A DNA stretch of 64,000 bases, taken from an uncultured Methanosarcinales archaeon (GTDB lineage Archaea; Halobacteriota; Methanosarcinia; Methanotrichales; Methanotrichaceae). The stretch is taken from NCBI GenBank assembly GCA_963843555.1, contig CAWJKV010000002.1, positions 64,001 through 128,000 of the forward strand, read 5' to 3'. A model generated the notes under the pieces. It saw only the letters and a list, made by a program, of their open reading frames with translations. It made no database searches and had not been told where the DNA came from. Every line of letters starts with the position of its first letter. Position 1 is the stretch's first letter. The translations under genes and the position numbers were made by a program. This document shows positions 19,747-30,272 of the stretch, one piece after another.

Positions 19747-20670
19747 ATGGATGCTGTTCTCAATAATAAATCCAGCATTGGCAAATACTCAGTGATCGGT
19801 CGAGGCCTCACCAAGAGCTTCGACGGCCTGCGGGTTTTGCAGGATCTTAATGTTAGTATTCCTCGCGGGGTTACTTATTGTCTCCTAGGTCCAAATGGAT
19901 CCGGCAAGACCACCTTGATACGAATGATCATGGGGCTGGTCAAGGCAGACTCCGGGGAGATCTATGTACTTGACGAACCCCTGAATCAGATAAGCAAAGT
20001 CTATCCCAGGCTTGGATATATGCCGCAACTAAGGCCGATCTATCCCGACATCACTGTTCGTGACAATCTGGAGTTCTTCGCCGCACTTTACGGAATTCGC
20101 GGTCAAAAACTTGATAGGAGGATTACTGAGGTTCTCAAAATTGTGGATCTACCTGAAACCGAAGATAGGATAACAGGGATGCTCAGCGGCGGAATGTACC
20201 AGAGAATATCACTAGCCTGTACTCTAATTCATGAACCTGAACTTTTGCTGCTTGATGAGCCTACCGTCGGGATCGATCCTGTGACCAAGCAGTCCTTTTG
20301 GGAATATTTTCGGGCATTAGCGAAGGAGGGGAAGACTGTTATTATAACCACCCACATCATGGAAGAAGCCGAGCAATGTGACCTTGTAGGGTTCATGCGC
20401 AACGGCCGGATGCTTGCCGAGAGCACTCCGGCCGAGTTGAAGAGATTTGCAGGTTTAAAGAAGCAATTGAGGATGCAGGTCCTTGATCCCGAGCAAGAAA
20501 TGCCAAAACTAATAGCCAGAGGCCTTGTGGTGCAAAGAAATGGCAATATGTTGCTCGTAGATATCGAGGACATAACCAAGATCCAGGAAGTGCTGGAACA
20601 GGTGAAGCCGGTTGATTTCGATGTAGTTGAGCCGACTTTGCAGGCCGCCTTCCTAAAGCTTGCGATTTAA
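19747..20670 (+). CDS. ABC-2 exporter ATP-binding protein
   Basis: GPNGSGKTT, LSGGM, LLLDEPT and TTHIMEEAE. Confidence 0.95.
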   Translation: MDAVLNNKSSIGKYSVIGRGLTKSFDGLRVLQDLNVSIPRGVTYCLLGPNGSGKTTLIRMIMGLVKADSGEIYVLDEPLNQISKVYPRLGYMPQLRPIYPDITVRDNLEFFAALYGIRGQKLDRRITEVLKIVDLPETEDRITGMLSGGMYQRISLACTLIHEPELLLLDEPTVGIDPVTKQSFWEYFRALAKEGKTVIITTHIMEEAEQCDLVGFMRNGRMLAESTPAELKRFAGLKKQLRMQVLDPEQEMPKLIARGLVVQRNGNMLLVDIEDITKIQEVLEQVKPVDFDVVEPTLQAAFLKLAI

Positions 20671-20688
20671 TCTTTAAGGAGTTTAAAT

Positions 20689-21798
20689 GTGGTCCAGTTA
20701 GACGCTCTTTCGCTAAGCATGCGAAGGATATGGGCAGTTGGAAAAAGGTTGATCCGCCAACTCAAACGAGATCGGCGTACTTTGGGTACCATGGCCATCA
20801 ATCCCATAATCCTGATGGTGATACTGGGTTACTCACTATCTGCGACTTTAACCGGGATCAATTTGGGTGTGGTGGAGCTGGACAGCGGAACTGTTCAAGA
20901 TGCTGTGCTCGATTACCTTCAGGGTTCCGACTCCTTCTCGATAACTCATTTGGCTTCGGAGTCCGATGTTAGGAAGCTGATCTTGGAAGGAAGGATCGAC
21001 GGAGGGGTGGTCCTTGCTGGTGATGAGATAAGGATTCTTCTGGATGGCACCAGCACCCAGGTCGCGAGCGCAATAACGGGAGCAGTGAGGGCAGGAATGC
21101 AGGGAGGGATTTTGCAAATTCTGAACAGCCTGCCATACGCAAAACCGGGACAGGTTCCTGCTACTACAACTTATTATGTCTACGGATATGATCTGGAGGC
21201 AAAAGATGCTGTAGGAGCAGCCCTTCTCGGCATCACGATATTCTTCTTCACTTTCCTTAACACTGCGATTGCTTTCCTGAGAGAGAGAACTCAAGGGACG
21301 CTGGAGAAGATATTGGTGACGCCGCTGGATAGAATAGAGCTCGTTTCAGGTTACATCTTGGGATTTAGTTTGGTGACAATAATTCAGGCAGCGGTCACCT
21401 TTGCAGTATTAGTTGTTGTATTCAAGGTACCCATACAAGGCAGCATATTAGCCCTCTTTGCTATTATTGTGTTGCTCAGCGCCGGTTCCCTCAGCTTTGG
21501 GGCGTTCCTTTCCAATTTTGTAACCTCAGAGTATCAAGTAATGCAATTAAATCCCTTGGTGACACTTCCTCAGATCCTGCTTTGTGGAGCTTGGTTTCCG
21601 CTTGCGGCCGTTCCAGAATGGCTGCGGCCTCTGGCGTTGATCTTCCCCCTCACCTACTCTACGCATGCATTGAAGTTAGTGCTGCTGAAAGGAGCCTCTC
21701 TTCACGATATTCTTTTCCCAGATTTGCTGGCGCTCTTTATATTCTTCATCGTAACCTTCTTCTTGGCGACTTTTATGCTCAAGAAGGAAATAGCCTGA
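20689..21798 (+). CDS. ABC-2 exporter permease
   Basis: QLKRDRRTL, RERTQGTLEKILVTP, PQILLCG..P..WLRPLA; six-TM pattern. Confidence 0.93.
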   Translation: MVQLDALSLSMRRIWAVGKRLIRQLKRDRRTLGTMAINPIILMVILGYSLSATLTGINLGVVELDSGTVQDAVLDYLQGSDSFSITHLASESDVRKLILEGRIDGGVVLAGDEIRILLDGTSTQVASAITGAVRAGMQGGILQILNSLPYAKPGQVPATTTYYVYGYDLEAKDAVGAALLGITIFFFTFLNTAIAFLRERTQGTLEKILVTPLDRIELVSGYILGFSLVTIIQAAVTFAVLVVVFKVPIQGSILALFAIIVLLSAGSLSFGAFLSNFVTSEYQVMQLNPLVTLPQILLCGAWFPLAAVPEWLRPLALIFPLTYSTHALKLVLLKGASLHDILFPDLLALFIFFIVTFFLATFMLKKEIA

Positions 21799-21962
21799 TA
21801 ATTCAAGGTTGATCTTTAAAATCTCACGCCGCCAAGCGATCTCCACTCCCTATGAGGGCTCATATCCAGACAGTGGATATCGTATTTGCATGCAGGAGTC
21901 TTAAAATGTGTACTGTCAGCCTGCAGCCTCTTCGAAGGTAGGGATTGATTAACTTTCAGGGA

Positions 21963-22598
21963 TCAAGATATTTTACGACGCGTCGCCCATTGATAGGCGA
22001 GAATGAGAAGGAAGAGCCATATCGCCCCGATGATATAGCTGCCCAGAACATCGCTCGCCCAGTGTGCGCCAAGATATACGCGTGAAGGTCCGATCAGAAG
22101 GATCAGCGCACCGCAAATGGCGATAACGATCACCCGTGCCCATCCAGCAAAATGTATCCACGCCAGATAGGCGAAGAATCCAAAAAAGACGACAAAAAAT
22201 AGGACATGCCCGCTTGGATAACTATATTCGTTGATGCTCTGTATGAGTCTCGGGGCATTTTGATCTAAAGGGAATGGACGCGGTCTTTGGATGAGATCCT
22301 TCAGCACAAAAGCCAGCAATACGCTGCTGGTTGTGGCAAGCATAAAGATCGCCTCCAGCCATTTGCGCCGTATGGCAAAGGTCAGCATAGCGATGGCGGT
22401 CAGCGCAAGAGCAAACGCTATTTCGCCAAGGTCGCTAACATAATTCATTAGCATGTCGAACAGCGGGTTTGCTTGCTCTTTCAACTCCTCGTATGCCTTC
22501 AAGTCTAAGGGCAAGACCGGGAACCTGGCTGCTGCATACGAGAGTGATATGGCAAGTGTAAGCATCAACACGAATACGATTGCAATCTTTCTATTCAA
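21963..22598 (-). CDS. PAP2 family phosphatase
   Basis: KDLIQRPRP, SYPSGH and SRVYLGAHWASDV. Confidence 0.93.
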   Translation of the reverse strand: MNRKIAIVFVLMLTLAISLSYAAARFPVLPLDLKAYEELKEQANPLFDMLMNYVSDLGEIAFALALTAIAMLTFAIRRKWLEAIFMLATTSSVLLAFVLKDLIQRPRPFPLDQNAPRLIQSINEYSYPSGHVLFFVVFFGFFAYLAWIHFAGWARVIVIAICGALILLIGPSRVYLGAHWASDVLGSYIIGAIWLFLLILAYQWATRRKIS

Positions 22599-22687
22599 TG
22601 CATCTTCATATATGGGCTCACACTTATTATTCTATTGGCCACCTTTGGCTGCCAAAAAGTGCAGGCGGAATCAGCGGATTCCCTAGT

Positions 22688-22822
22688 GAATCTGAAAGGA
22701 AAGCCATAGAAAACTGATAACGCCTTTGAAGTGTTCAGTCTCTCTTCGAGAGGCTAGAAACCAACTGCTAATCCTTTCGAGAAATAAACGATTGAAGTCG
22801 AATGAGTAAAAAGTTCTCGAAA
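22688..22822. repeat. ~135 bp non-coding direct repeat, copy 1 (copy 2 at 23907-24040)
   Basis: GAATCTGAAAGGAAAGC..GATAACGCCTTTG..GAGGCTAGAAA..GAAGTCGAATGAGTAAAA.GTTCTCGAAA shared between the copies. Confidence 0.85.
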
Positions 22823-22889
22823 GAAAAGCTTTGGGATGGTTAGGGGGTGTCGGAGGATTTATATTGCAAATCCCAAACAGAATCTCATC

Positions 22890-23654
22890 ATGAATAGCGG
22901 CGAGACTTCTGCACCGGGAAAGGATTCTCCTCCGTCCGGCAGAACGACTTTGCTAGAAGAACTGCTGGAACTTGGTTTGCGAACCGATTTCCTTGATTTC
23001 CAGCTCATTATCTTAACTCTCCTTGCCGGGATTGTTGCACTCTTCGGCCTTTTCCTGAACAATGTAGCCGTGATTATCGGTGCAATGATAATCTCGCCTT
23101 TGTTGGAACCGATTTATGCGGGAACGATATTCTTGGCTGAAGGAGAGGTCAGGAAGTTCCTGGAACATCTGATGGTCGTATTGGTCCTTGTTCTGATGCT
23201 GATTATAGTATCCGCCGTTATCACCTGGGTCTTATCGTTTTTTGTGCCTTTGGCCATTACACCCGAGATCTCTTCGCGGCTGCAACAGCAGGATATATCT
23301 GCCATCCTTGCGATCGTCCTCGGCATCACCGCAATTTTTGCCCACAAGAGGGGTTTTGTCGCAAGTTTCATCGGTATCGGTGTCGCCGTTGCACTTGTTC
23401 CCCCTGCGGTTGTGACCGGAATAGCCATAACACTCCTGCCGACAAGAATAATCGATGCGCTTTCCCTAACGCTGAACAACATATTCGGACTCTTTGCCGG
23501 GATGCTGATCGCCATTCTCGCGCTAGGAATCGGTCCACGGAGCGAGGTGAAGAAGAAACTGACACGAAAGAATGTTTACCTCATGCTTGGGTGCGTTGCG
23601 GGTCTGCTCATAATTATATGGTATTCTCTAAGCATCCTGCATCAAGCAATGTGA
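22890..23654 (+). CDS. DUF389/TIGR00341 membrane protein
   Basis: GLFLNNVAVIIGAMIISPLL, EISSR and GIGVAVALVPPAVVTGI. Start uncertain (22836 or 22890). Confidence 0.85.
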   Translation: MNSGETSAPGKDSPPSGRTTLLEELLELGLRTDFLDFQLIILTLLAGIVALFGLFLNNVAVIIGAMIISPLLEPIYAGTIFLAEGEVRKFLEHLMVVLVLVLMLIIVSAVITWVLSFFVPLAITPEISSRLQQQDISAILAIVLGITAIFAHKRGFVASFIGIGVAVALVPPAVVTGIAITLLPTRIIDALSLTLNNIFGLFAGMLIAILALGIGPRSEVKKKLTRKNVYLMLGCVAGLLIIIWYSLSILHQAM

Positions 23655-23906
23655 CGAAACTGCATGTTCCGGTCTGCATCAATAAGGTTTTTGCCCGTTG
23701 ATTTCATCGAAGAGTCTTTTCAGAATCGGATTGGGGAAGAGAGCCCATAACCTGGTGGAATGCAAAGACGGTAAAGGAGTCACCATGTTAGCTATTATGG
23801 GCTAGGCATATTATCAGCAATAGTATTTTTGAAATCCTTAAAATACTTAAACAATTATCCTCACGAATGGTATGCACGCATTGGCATCTGCATCTCATAA
23901 TCAAAC

Positions 23907-24040
23907 GAATCTGAAAGGAAAGCTATAGAAAGCGATAACGCCTTTGGGGTGTTCACTCTCTCTCTCCAAGAGGCTAGAAAACTTACTGCGAATCCTTTGA
24001 GAGATGAACGATGAAGTCGAATGAGTAAAAGTTCTCGAAA
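23907..24040. repeat. ~135 bp non-coding direct repeat, copy 2
   Basis: Diverged copy of 22688-22822. Confidence 0.85.
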
Positions 24041-24114
24041 TAAGAAACAATAAGATACATAAATCAATAATAGCATAATAGTGATAGAAAATTTCTAGAT
24101 ATAGAGGTGTAGAG

Positions 24115-24492
24115 ATGATTGGAGTTTGTCCAGGTTGTGGAAAGCCCTTCCGAATAGAGCAGGCGAAAGGCGATGAAGGATTGGTTTACTGCGAGGATGT
24201 ATGCATCAGCCCGGCCGATATGCCTACCGGCGAGAGGATGATGGCGGACCAGGCTACGAAATTATACGTAGATGGAAAGATGCACGAGATGACTCGCGAG
24301 GAGTACATCAAGACACACGGACTTGATCCGGAGCCCGTGATGCAGGCAGTCAACAAATGGCGCGAAGAGCAGATGGAGAAGTGGGCGGTCTCGCAAGGAA
24401 GAAGCGAAGAAGAAGTGCACGAGTGGCTTAAGAGCTTTCCAGGGTTGCAGCATAAACTACCAACTTGGCGGGAACAGGCTGAGAAGAAGTGA
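24115..24492 (+). CDS. Hypothetical protein with N-terminal Cys motifs
   Basis: GAGGTG RBS; CPGC..CEDVC; coding-like composition. Confidence 0.7.
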   Translation: MIGVCPGCGKPFRIEQAKGDEGLVYCEDVCISPADMPTGERMMADQATKLYVDGKMHEMTREEYIKTHGLDPEPVMQAVNKWREEQMEKWAVSQGRSEEEVHEWLKSFPGLQHKLPTWREQAEKK

Positions 24493-24761
24493 CGAGTGTA
24501 TTTTAGAAGTTGACTGCGAGATCTGGCGAATAAAAGGGCTGTCAGGGCAAGAATATGACCAAATCACCTAATGATCAATTCGCCCGCTTCATTCGCCTTT
24601 CAAATAGAGTGACAGTTGTTCATGGTTGGTGACACGCTGTCAAGCCGCGGGATGTGACTTGCGCCGTTCTTGAAGGAGCTCACGCAGGGAATTAAATTGT
24701 AACATAATAATCTTCATGCAAGAGTATCGATTTCGTATTCTAAGCATCGAGATAAGGGTGA

Positions 24762-25292
24762 ATGTACATGAGTATGATCAGAAATGGTGTGGATGTCGAA
24801 AAGTTAGCAGAAATAGTTAAAGCAGTAACGGAAGATCCAAAAAAGGCCCAAGTCAAATTTATGGCAAGTACCAAGTGGGTCAGTGGAGCATGTTCTGAAA
24901 CAAAGATCAGAGACTTTGAGATAGAATGTGATGAGCCACCAGTTTTACTTGGGACCAACAAGGCCCCTAATCCTGTGGAGACAATTCTGGCAGCCCTCGG
25001 TTCATGTCTGGCAGTTGGCTTTGCTTATAGTGCGGCAGCACGCGGCATAAACTTGGAGTCGTTGGACATATTGTCAGAAGGCGATCTTGACCTTAGGGGA
25101 TTCCTCGGTGTATCTGACGATGTCAGACCTGGTTACCAGAGCATCAAGGTAACTTGCAAAATAAAGAGCGATGCATCAAAAGAGAAGATCAGCGAACTCT
25201 ACGAACATGTTAAAAAAACATCTCCTGTTAGGGATATAATCCAAAATTTGGAGCCTCTAACAATCATACATGAAAAATCTGAAATGATATGA
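24762..25292 (+). CDS. OsmC/Ohr family protein
   Basis: DEPPVLLGTNKAPNPVE.LAALGSC, EGDLDLRGFLG and TSPV. Confidence 0.92.
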   Translation: MYMSMIRNGVDVEKLAEIVKAVTEDPKKAQVKFMASTKWVSGACSETKIRDFEIECDEPPVLLGTNKAPNPVETILAALGSCLAVGFAYSAAARGINLESLDILSEGDLDLRGFLGVSDDVRPGYQSIKVTCKIKSDASKEKISELYEHVKKTSPVRDIIQNLEPLTIIHEKSEMI

Positions 25293-25513
25293 TAAATCCA
25301 ACTCTTTAACCCTTCTTTCGGGGAAGATCATGAGGATTGCTTCAATGGCTGATTTTTGGGAATCCTCTGAAATATACCGGTTAGGGGAACAATGAGATCT
25401 AAGGAACTCGTATCATCAGGCTGATGCCTTATTGTTTAAAAAGTATTACCGGCTGCGAAGATAGAGGTTTTATGCTAGCTTGAAATTGGCGCAAAAAAAG
25501 TTATGACAGATGT

Positions 25514-27643
25514 TCAGGCATGCTGCAAAGCTTCCTGATAAAAGGATGTGACGTACTCCTTGACCATTCTCCGGGCAGAGAATCCTGTACCCACGCTCTT
25601 CATGGCCTCTTTCATGACCTGGACCCATGAATGGGCCAGCCCCTTGCTATCTCTTTCATAATATAGGGGAACCACCTTGTTCTCCAGAATATCGTAAATG
25701 GCCCTGGCATCCTTTGCGTCTCTTTCCGGGCCATCTGCACCCTGGAAAGCCCAGCCGTTTCTGCCGTTGTACCCCTCCATCCACCACCCATCCAGGATGC
25801 TCAGCTGCGGAACGCCGTTCAGGCATGCTTTCATGCCGCTGGTACCAGACGCCTCCATAGGCGGAATGGGATTGTTTAGCCAGAGATCGACGCCGTGTAC
25901 CATGTACTGTGCCAGAAGCTCTCCGTAGTCCTCCACAATGGCGATCCTCCCGCCAAATTCTGGATCATGGGCAAAGTTGAAAACTTTCTGCAGAATCCTC
26001 TTCCCTGCATCATCCGCGGGATGGGCCTTGCCGGCAAATATTATCTGCACAGGTTGCCATCTATTATTGAGGATTCTCTTCAACCGCTCTTTATCAGAAA
26101 ATATCAAATCCGCCCTCTTGTAGGAAGCGAAACGTCGGGCGAAACCTATGGTCAAAGCGTAAGGCTCCAGGAGAGCGCCTCCTGCAACTACATTCGTTGG
26201 GCTGATTTGATCTTCGAACCAACGCTTCCTGGCCCGGTACCTGATGTAGTCGATCAGTTTAACCTTCAATTGATGATGAATGTCCCATAATTCAACCTCA
26301 GGGATGTCATTTATCCGCTCCCAAACCATTTTATTGTCGTGATCCTTCAACCAATCGGGACCAAGGTATCTATTGAAAAGCAGCTCCATCTTGGGCTCAA
26401 TCCAAGTGGGAACATGTACTCCATTAGTGATATAATCAATCGACTTCCCGCCTATTTCCTGAGCTGGCCAGAGGGACGGCCACATCTGGTTTGCTACTTC
26501 ACTATGTCTCTTGCTGACGCCGTTATGGTGTCCGGCCATCCTGAGGGCAAAGGCTGTCATATTGAATCCTGCATTTGGGTCGGCTGGATTGGAGCCCAGG
26601 CGGATGAAATCCTCTCGTTTCAGGCCCAAGAGTGGATAGTAGCGGCTGAAATATTTGTCCATCAGGTAAAAGGGAAAGACATCATGCCCTGCGGGAACGG
26701 GCGTATGGGTGGTAAAAATCGTGGTTGCCTTTACCTGAGCAGCAGCATCCACATAGCTCATTCCGCCTTGCATCCTCTCCCTGATCCTTTCTAAAATAGC
26801 GAAGGCGGGATGACCTTCATTCAGATGCATTACAGAGTGCTTGATGCCCAGGGATCTCAAGACTTCGCTTCCTCCAATACCCAGAACAACCTCCTGCCGC
26901 AGCCTTTGTTCGATGTCACCTATGTAGAGATGGGCTGATATCCCCCTATTCCAGGGATCATTGCTATCTATATCCGTATCCAGCAGATAGAGCGATATTC
27001 GTCCTATTGCTACCTTCCAAACAGCCACAAATAGCGGCGGATCCAGGAAGGGGACTTTGACTATGATATGTTCTCCCGCATCATTCATAACCCTGGAAAT
27101 AGGCGCTGAATCTCTATCAAGAACCTCATCCACATTCTCCTGCCATCCGTCGGAGCGAATCCTTTGGCGCATGTAGCCTTCGGGATACATGAATCCAACT
27201 GCAACAAGCGGAACGGTCAGATCGCTGCACTCCTTAACATGATCCCCTGCCAGGAAGCCCAATCCACCGGCATAGAAAGGCAGGGAATGGTGCAGCCCGT
27301 ACTCGGCTGAAAAGTAAGCTATTGGCAGCGAGCCAATATCTTTGACGTTCTCTGCAAACCAACCTGCGCTTGAAGCCAGATCCTCCTGAAACCTGGCCAT
27401 CACGGAATGATAATGACTCATGTATTCCGGATCCTTTGAGGCGGACTGCAGGACATCACCAGGCAGTTCTTCAAGCAACTTTATGGGATTATGATAGCCC
27501 TCCTTCCAGTCCTCACGATTCAGCCTCTTGAAGAGCATTCTGGCGGCAGGATGCCAGCTCCACCAGAGATTGAAAGCAAGATCTTCCAGCCCTTTGAGAT
27601 CAGGGGGAATATGAGCAAAATTTTTTTGTTCAGCTTTTGCCAA
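25514..27643 (-). CDS. glgP: Alpha-glucan (glycogen) phosphorylase
   Basis: LAFNLWWSW, YFSAEYG, YAGGLGFLAGD, HLNEGHPAF, GFARRFASYKR and EASGTSGMK (PLP lysine). Confidence 0.95.
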   Translation of the reverse strand: MAKAEQKNFAHIPPDLKGLEDLAFNLWWSWHPAARMLFKRLNREDWKEGYHNPIKLLEELPGDVLQSASKDPEYMSHYHSVMARFQEDLASSAGWFAENVKDIGSLPIAYFSAEYGLHHSLPFYAGGLGFLAGDHVKECSDLTVPLVAVGFMYPEGYMRQRIRSDGWQENVDEVLDRDSAPISRVMNDAGEHIIVKVPFLDPPLFVAVWKVAIGRISLYLLDTDIDSNDPWNRGISAHLYIGDIEQRLRQEVVLGIGGSEVLRSLGIKHSVMHLNEGHPAFAILERIRERMQGGMSYVDAAAQVKATTIFTTHTPVPAGHDVFPFYLMDKYFSRYYPLLGLKREDFIRLGSNPADPNAGFNMTAFALRMAGHHNGVSKRHSEVANQMWPSLWPAQEIGGKSIDYITNGVHVPTWIEPKMELLFNRYLGPDWLKDHDNKMVWERINDIPEVELWDIHHQLKVKLIDYIRYRARKRWFEDQISPTNVVAGGALLEPYALTIGFARRFASYKRADLIFSDKERLKRILNNRWQPVQIIFAGKAHPADDAGKRILQKVFNFAHDPEFGGRIAIVEDYGELLAQYMVHGVDLWLNNPIPPMEASGTSGMKACLNGVPQLSILDGWWMEGYNGRNGWAFQGADGPERDAKDARAIYDILENKVVPLYYERDSKGLAHSWVQVMKEAMKSVGTGFSARRMVKEYVTSFYQEALQHA

Positions 27644-27819
27644 GGCAGTTTACCTCCTCGAAAGGAAATTTTTTTATATCTCAATATTCACATACTTGCA
27701 TAGGGGATAAAGGGCAAACGTATCTAACTTAGGTTGATCTGCTAACGGTTCCTAGTTTTCATGCCGCCGCGTGTTGCATGCTCGACTGCTGTAGTGGTGT
27801 GCGCCGCTGCTGTTCAGCT

Positions 27820-30231
27820 TCACATGCCTAGATCCTTCTCAGTCTCCAGGACTTTCAGAGTGATCTTCATGACCGAGTCAGGGTTGATGGATATGGAATC
27901 AATTCCTTCTCTTACCAGGAACTGTGCAAACTCAGGGTAATCGCTGGGGGCCTGACCACACAAACCGCTGTGCCGGCCACTTTTCTTGGTTCCCTCTATG
28001 GACATGGCCACCATCTTTTTTACAGCTGGGTCCCTCTCATCGAACTCTTGGGCCAGAATCTCTGAGTCCCTGTCTATTCCGAGAGTAAGCTGGGTCAGGT
28101 CATTGGAACCTATTGAGATGCCATCCACCAACTGGCAGAACTCCTCCACCAGCACGACATTGCTGGGAATCTCGCACATGATGTAGACCAGAAGCCCTTT
28201 TTCCCCTCTCTTCAGGCCGTTCTTTGCCATCTCCTCCAGGACTTTTCTACATTCCTCCACCCGGCGGCAGAAGGGAATCATGACGATGACATTGTCAAGT
28301 CCCATGACTTCACGTACCTGTTTTAGAGCTCTGCACTCCAGGGCAAACCCCTCTCTGTACCTTTCGCTGTAGTACCTGGAAGCACCCCTAAACCCTATCA
28401 TGGGGTTGTTCTCTTTTAGCTCGAAATACTCTCCTCCGATGAGGTTCGCGTACTCGTTTGACTTGAAGTCACTTGTGCGGACAACGACGGGTTTTGGATA
28501 GAAGGCGGCAGCGATTGTACCTATTCCCTGGGCGAGCTTCTCCACGAAGTAGTCGCTCTTGTTGTCGTAGGCGAAAGCAAGGTCATCTATCTCCTTATTC
28601 ACAGAAGCATCCGTTACTTTCTCCTGATGCAGAAGGGCCATGGGATGGACCTTTATCTGACTGGCGATAATGAATTCAAGCCTCGCCAGGCCGACCCCGT
28701 CGTTCGGTATGAAAGAAACAGAAAAAGCCTCCTCTGGGTTTCCGAGGTTAATCATTATCTCAGTCTTCGGCCGCAGCAAGTCCTTCAGAACGGTCTTCTC
28801 CACATGGAAGGGCAGCTTGCCATCATAGACAACTCCCGCGTCTCCTTCGGCGCAGCTTACTGTAACCTCCTGGCCCGTCTTGATCTTCGTTGTGGCTCCT
28901 TCAGCCCCCACCACAGCGGGTACTCCGAATTCTCTGCTGAGTATAGCTGCGTGGCTAGTCCTTCCGCCAGTGTTGGTCACTATAGCTGCGGCTATCTTCA
29001 TCACCGGCTCCCAGTCGGGAGTGGTTGTGTCTGAGATCAGAATCTCGCCAGGTTTAAAGGATGAGAGATGTGCCACATCGGACATAATATGCGCCTTGCC
29101 ACTGGCGATCTTTTCCCCGATACTCCTTCCAGTAATCAACACTGGACCTTTCTTTTCCAGGTGGTATGATTCTAGAATGTCCCTGGTCTTCTGAGACTGG
29201 ACTGTCTCCGGCCTGGCCTGGACTACGAAAAGCTCGCCTGTCCTGCCGTCCTTGGCCCACTCGATGTCCATAGGCATATCCTTTGCGGCCTTCTTCGAAT
29301 AGTGATCCTCTATGGTCGTAGCGTATCTGGCCAGGGTAAGGACATCGTCATCTGAGATGCAGAACCTCCTGCGATCCTCCTCTAGTACGTCTACGTTGTG
29401 AGTCATAGCCTTGGACTCACCAGTGCCGTAGATCATCTTTATCTTCTTCTCTCCCAGGCTCTTCCTGATTATGGGCTGAAAGCCCTTTCGGAATGTGGGT
29501 TTGAATACGTAGAACTCATCAGTGATAACGGCCCCCTGCACTACGTTCTCTCCAAGGCCGTAGGCACCTGTGATGAATATCACATCCCTAAAGCCGGTCT
29601 CGGTGTCCAGGGTAAAGATCACGCCACTTGATGCCAGGTCTGACCGGACCATCTTCATGATTCCTATGGATAGGGCCACATTGAATTGGTCGAAGCCGTT
29701 GTCTATACGGTAAGATATGGCCCGGTCCATGAAGAGGGATGCATAACATTTTATGCAGGCCTCCTTGAGATCCTGATATCCGCGAACATTGAGAAAAGTC
29801 TCCTGCTGACCGGCAAAGGATGCAGTGGGTAGATCCTCTGCCGTTGCTGAGCTTCGCACGGCCACATCTGGGTCGGCACCGTACTCCTCACCCAGTTTGT
29901 CGTAGTCTTCTTTTATTTCCATCCACAGATCTTCGGGCAAGTCGGATTCTAGAATCAACTCGCGTGCTCTTTTTCCCCTAGCTGCCAGGTCTTTCACGTC
30001 AGCCTTGTTCAGGCCGGACATGATCTCCTTCAACTTGTCTAGAATGCCTGTGGAGTTGAGAAAATGCCAGTAGGCTTCTGAAGTCGTGGCAAACCCATTG
30101 GGAATCTTGACCCCTTTGGATGTGAGATCCTGATACATTTCTCCTAAAGAAGCATTCTTTCCACCAACCGAAGGCACATCCTCAATGCGTATTTCATTGA
30201 ACCAGAGCGTGAATTTTCTTTCTTGCGGCAT
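27820..30231 (-). CDS. ppsA: Phosphoenolpyruvate synthase
   Basis: VGGKNASLGEM, AVRSSATAEDLPTASFAGQQ, GGRTSHAAI, SDFKSNEY and GLCGQAPSDYP. Confidence 0.97.
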   Translation of the reverse strand: MPQERKFTLWFNEIRIEDVPSVGGKNASLGEMYQDLTSKGVKIPNGFATTSEAYWHFLNSTGILDKLKEIMSGLNKADVKDLAARGKRARELILESDLPEDLWMEIKEDYDKLGEEYGADPDVAVRSSATAEDLPTASFAGQQETFLNVRGYQDLKEACIKCYASLFMDRAISYRIDNGFDQFNVALSIGIMKMVRSDLASSGVIFTLDTETGFRDVIFITGAYGLGENVVQGAVITDEFYVFKPTFRKGFQPIIRKSLGEKKIKMIYGTGESKAMTHNVDVLEEDRRRFCISDDDVLTLARYATTIEDHYSKKAAKDMPMDIEWAKDGRTGELFVVQARPETVQSQKTRDILESYHLEKKGPVLITGRSIGEKIASGKAHIMSDVAHLSSFKPGEILISDTTTPDWEPVMKIAAAIVTNTGGRTSHAAILSREFGVPAVVGAEGATTKIKTGQEVTVSCAEGDAGVVYDGKLPFHVEKTVLKDLLRPKTEIMINLGNPEEAFSVSFIPNDGVGLARLEFIIASQIKVHPMALLHQEKVTDASVNKEIDDLAFAYDNKSDYFVEKLAQGIGTIAAAFYPKPVVVRTSDFKSNEYANLIGGEYFELKENNPMIGFRGASRYYSERYREGFALECRALKQVREVMGLDNVIVMIPFCRRVEECRKVLEEMAKNGLKRGEKGLLVYIMCEIPSNVVLVEEFCQLVDGISIGSNDLTQLTLGIDRDSEILAQEFDERDPAVKKMVAMSIEGTKKSGRHSGLCGQAPSDYPEFAQFLVREGIDSISINPDSVMKITLKVLETEKDLGM

Positions 30232-30272
30232 AGTTCCTCACATACGAAAATATAAATGGGTTTGAAAGTTGG

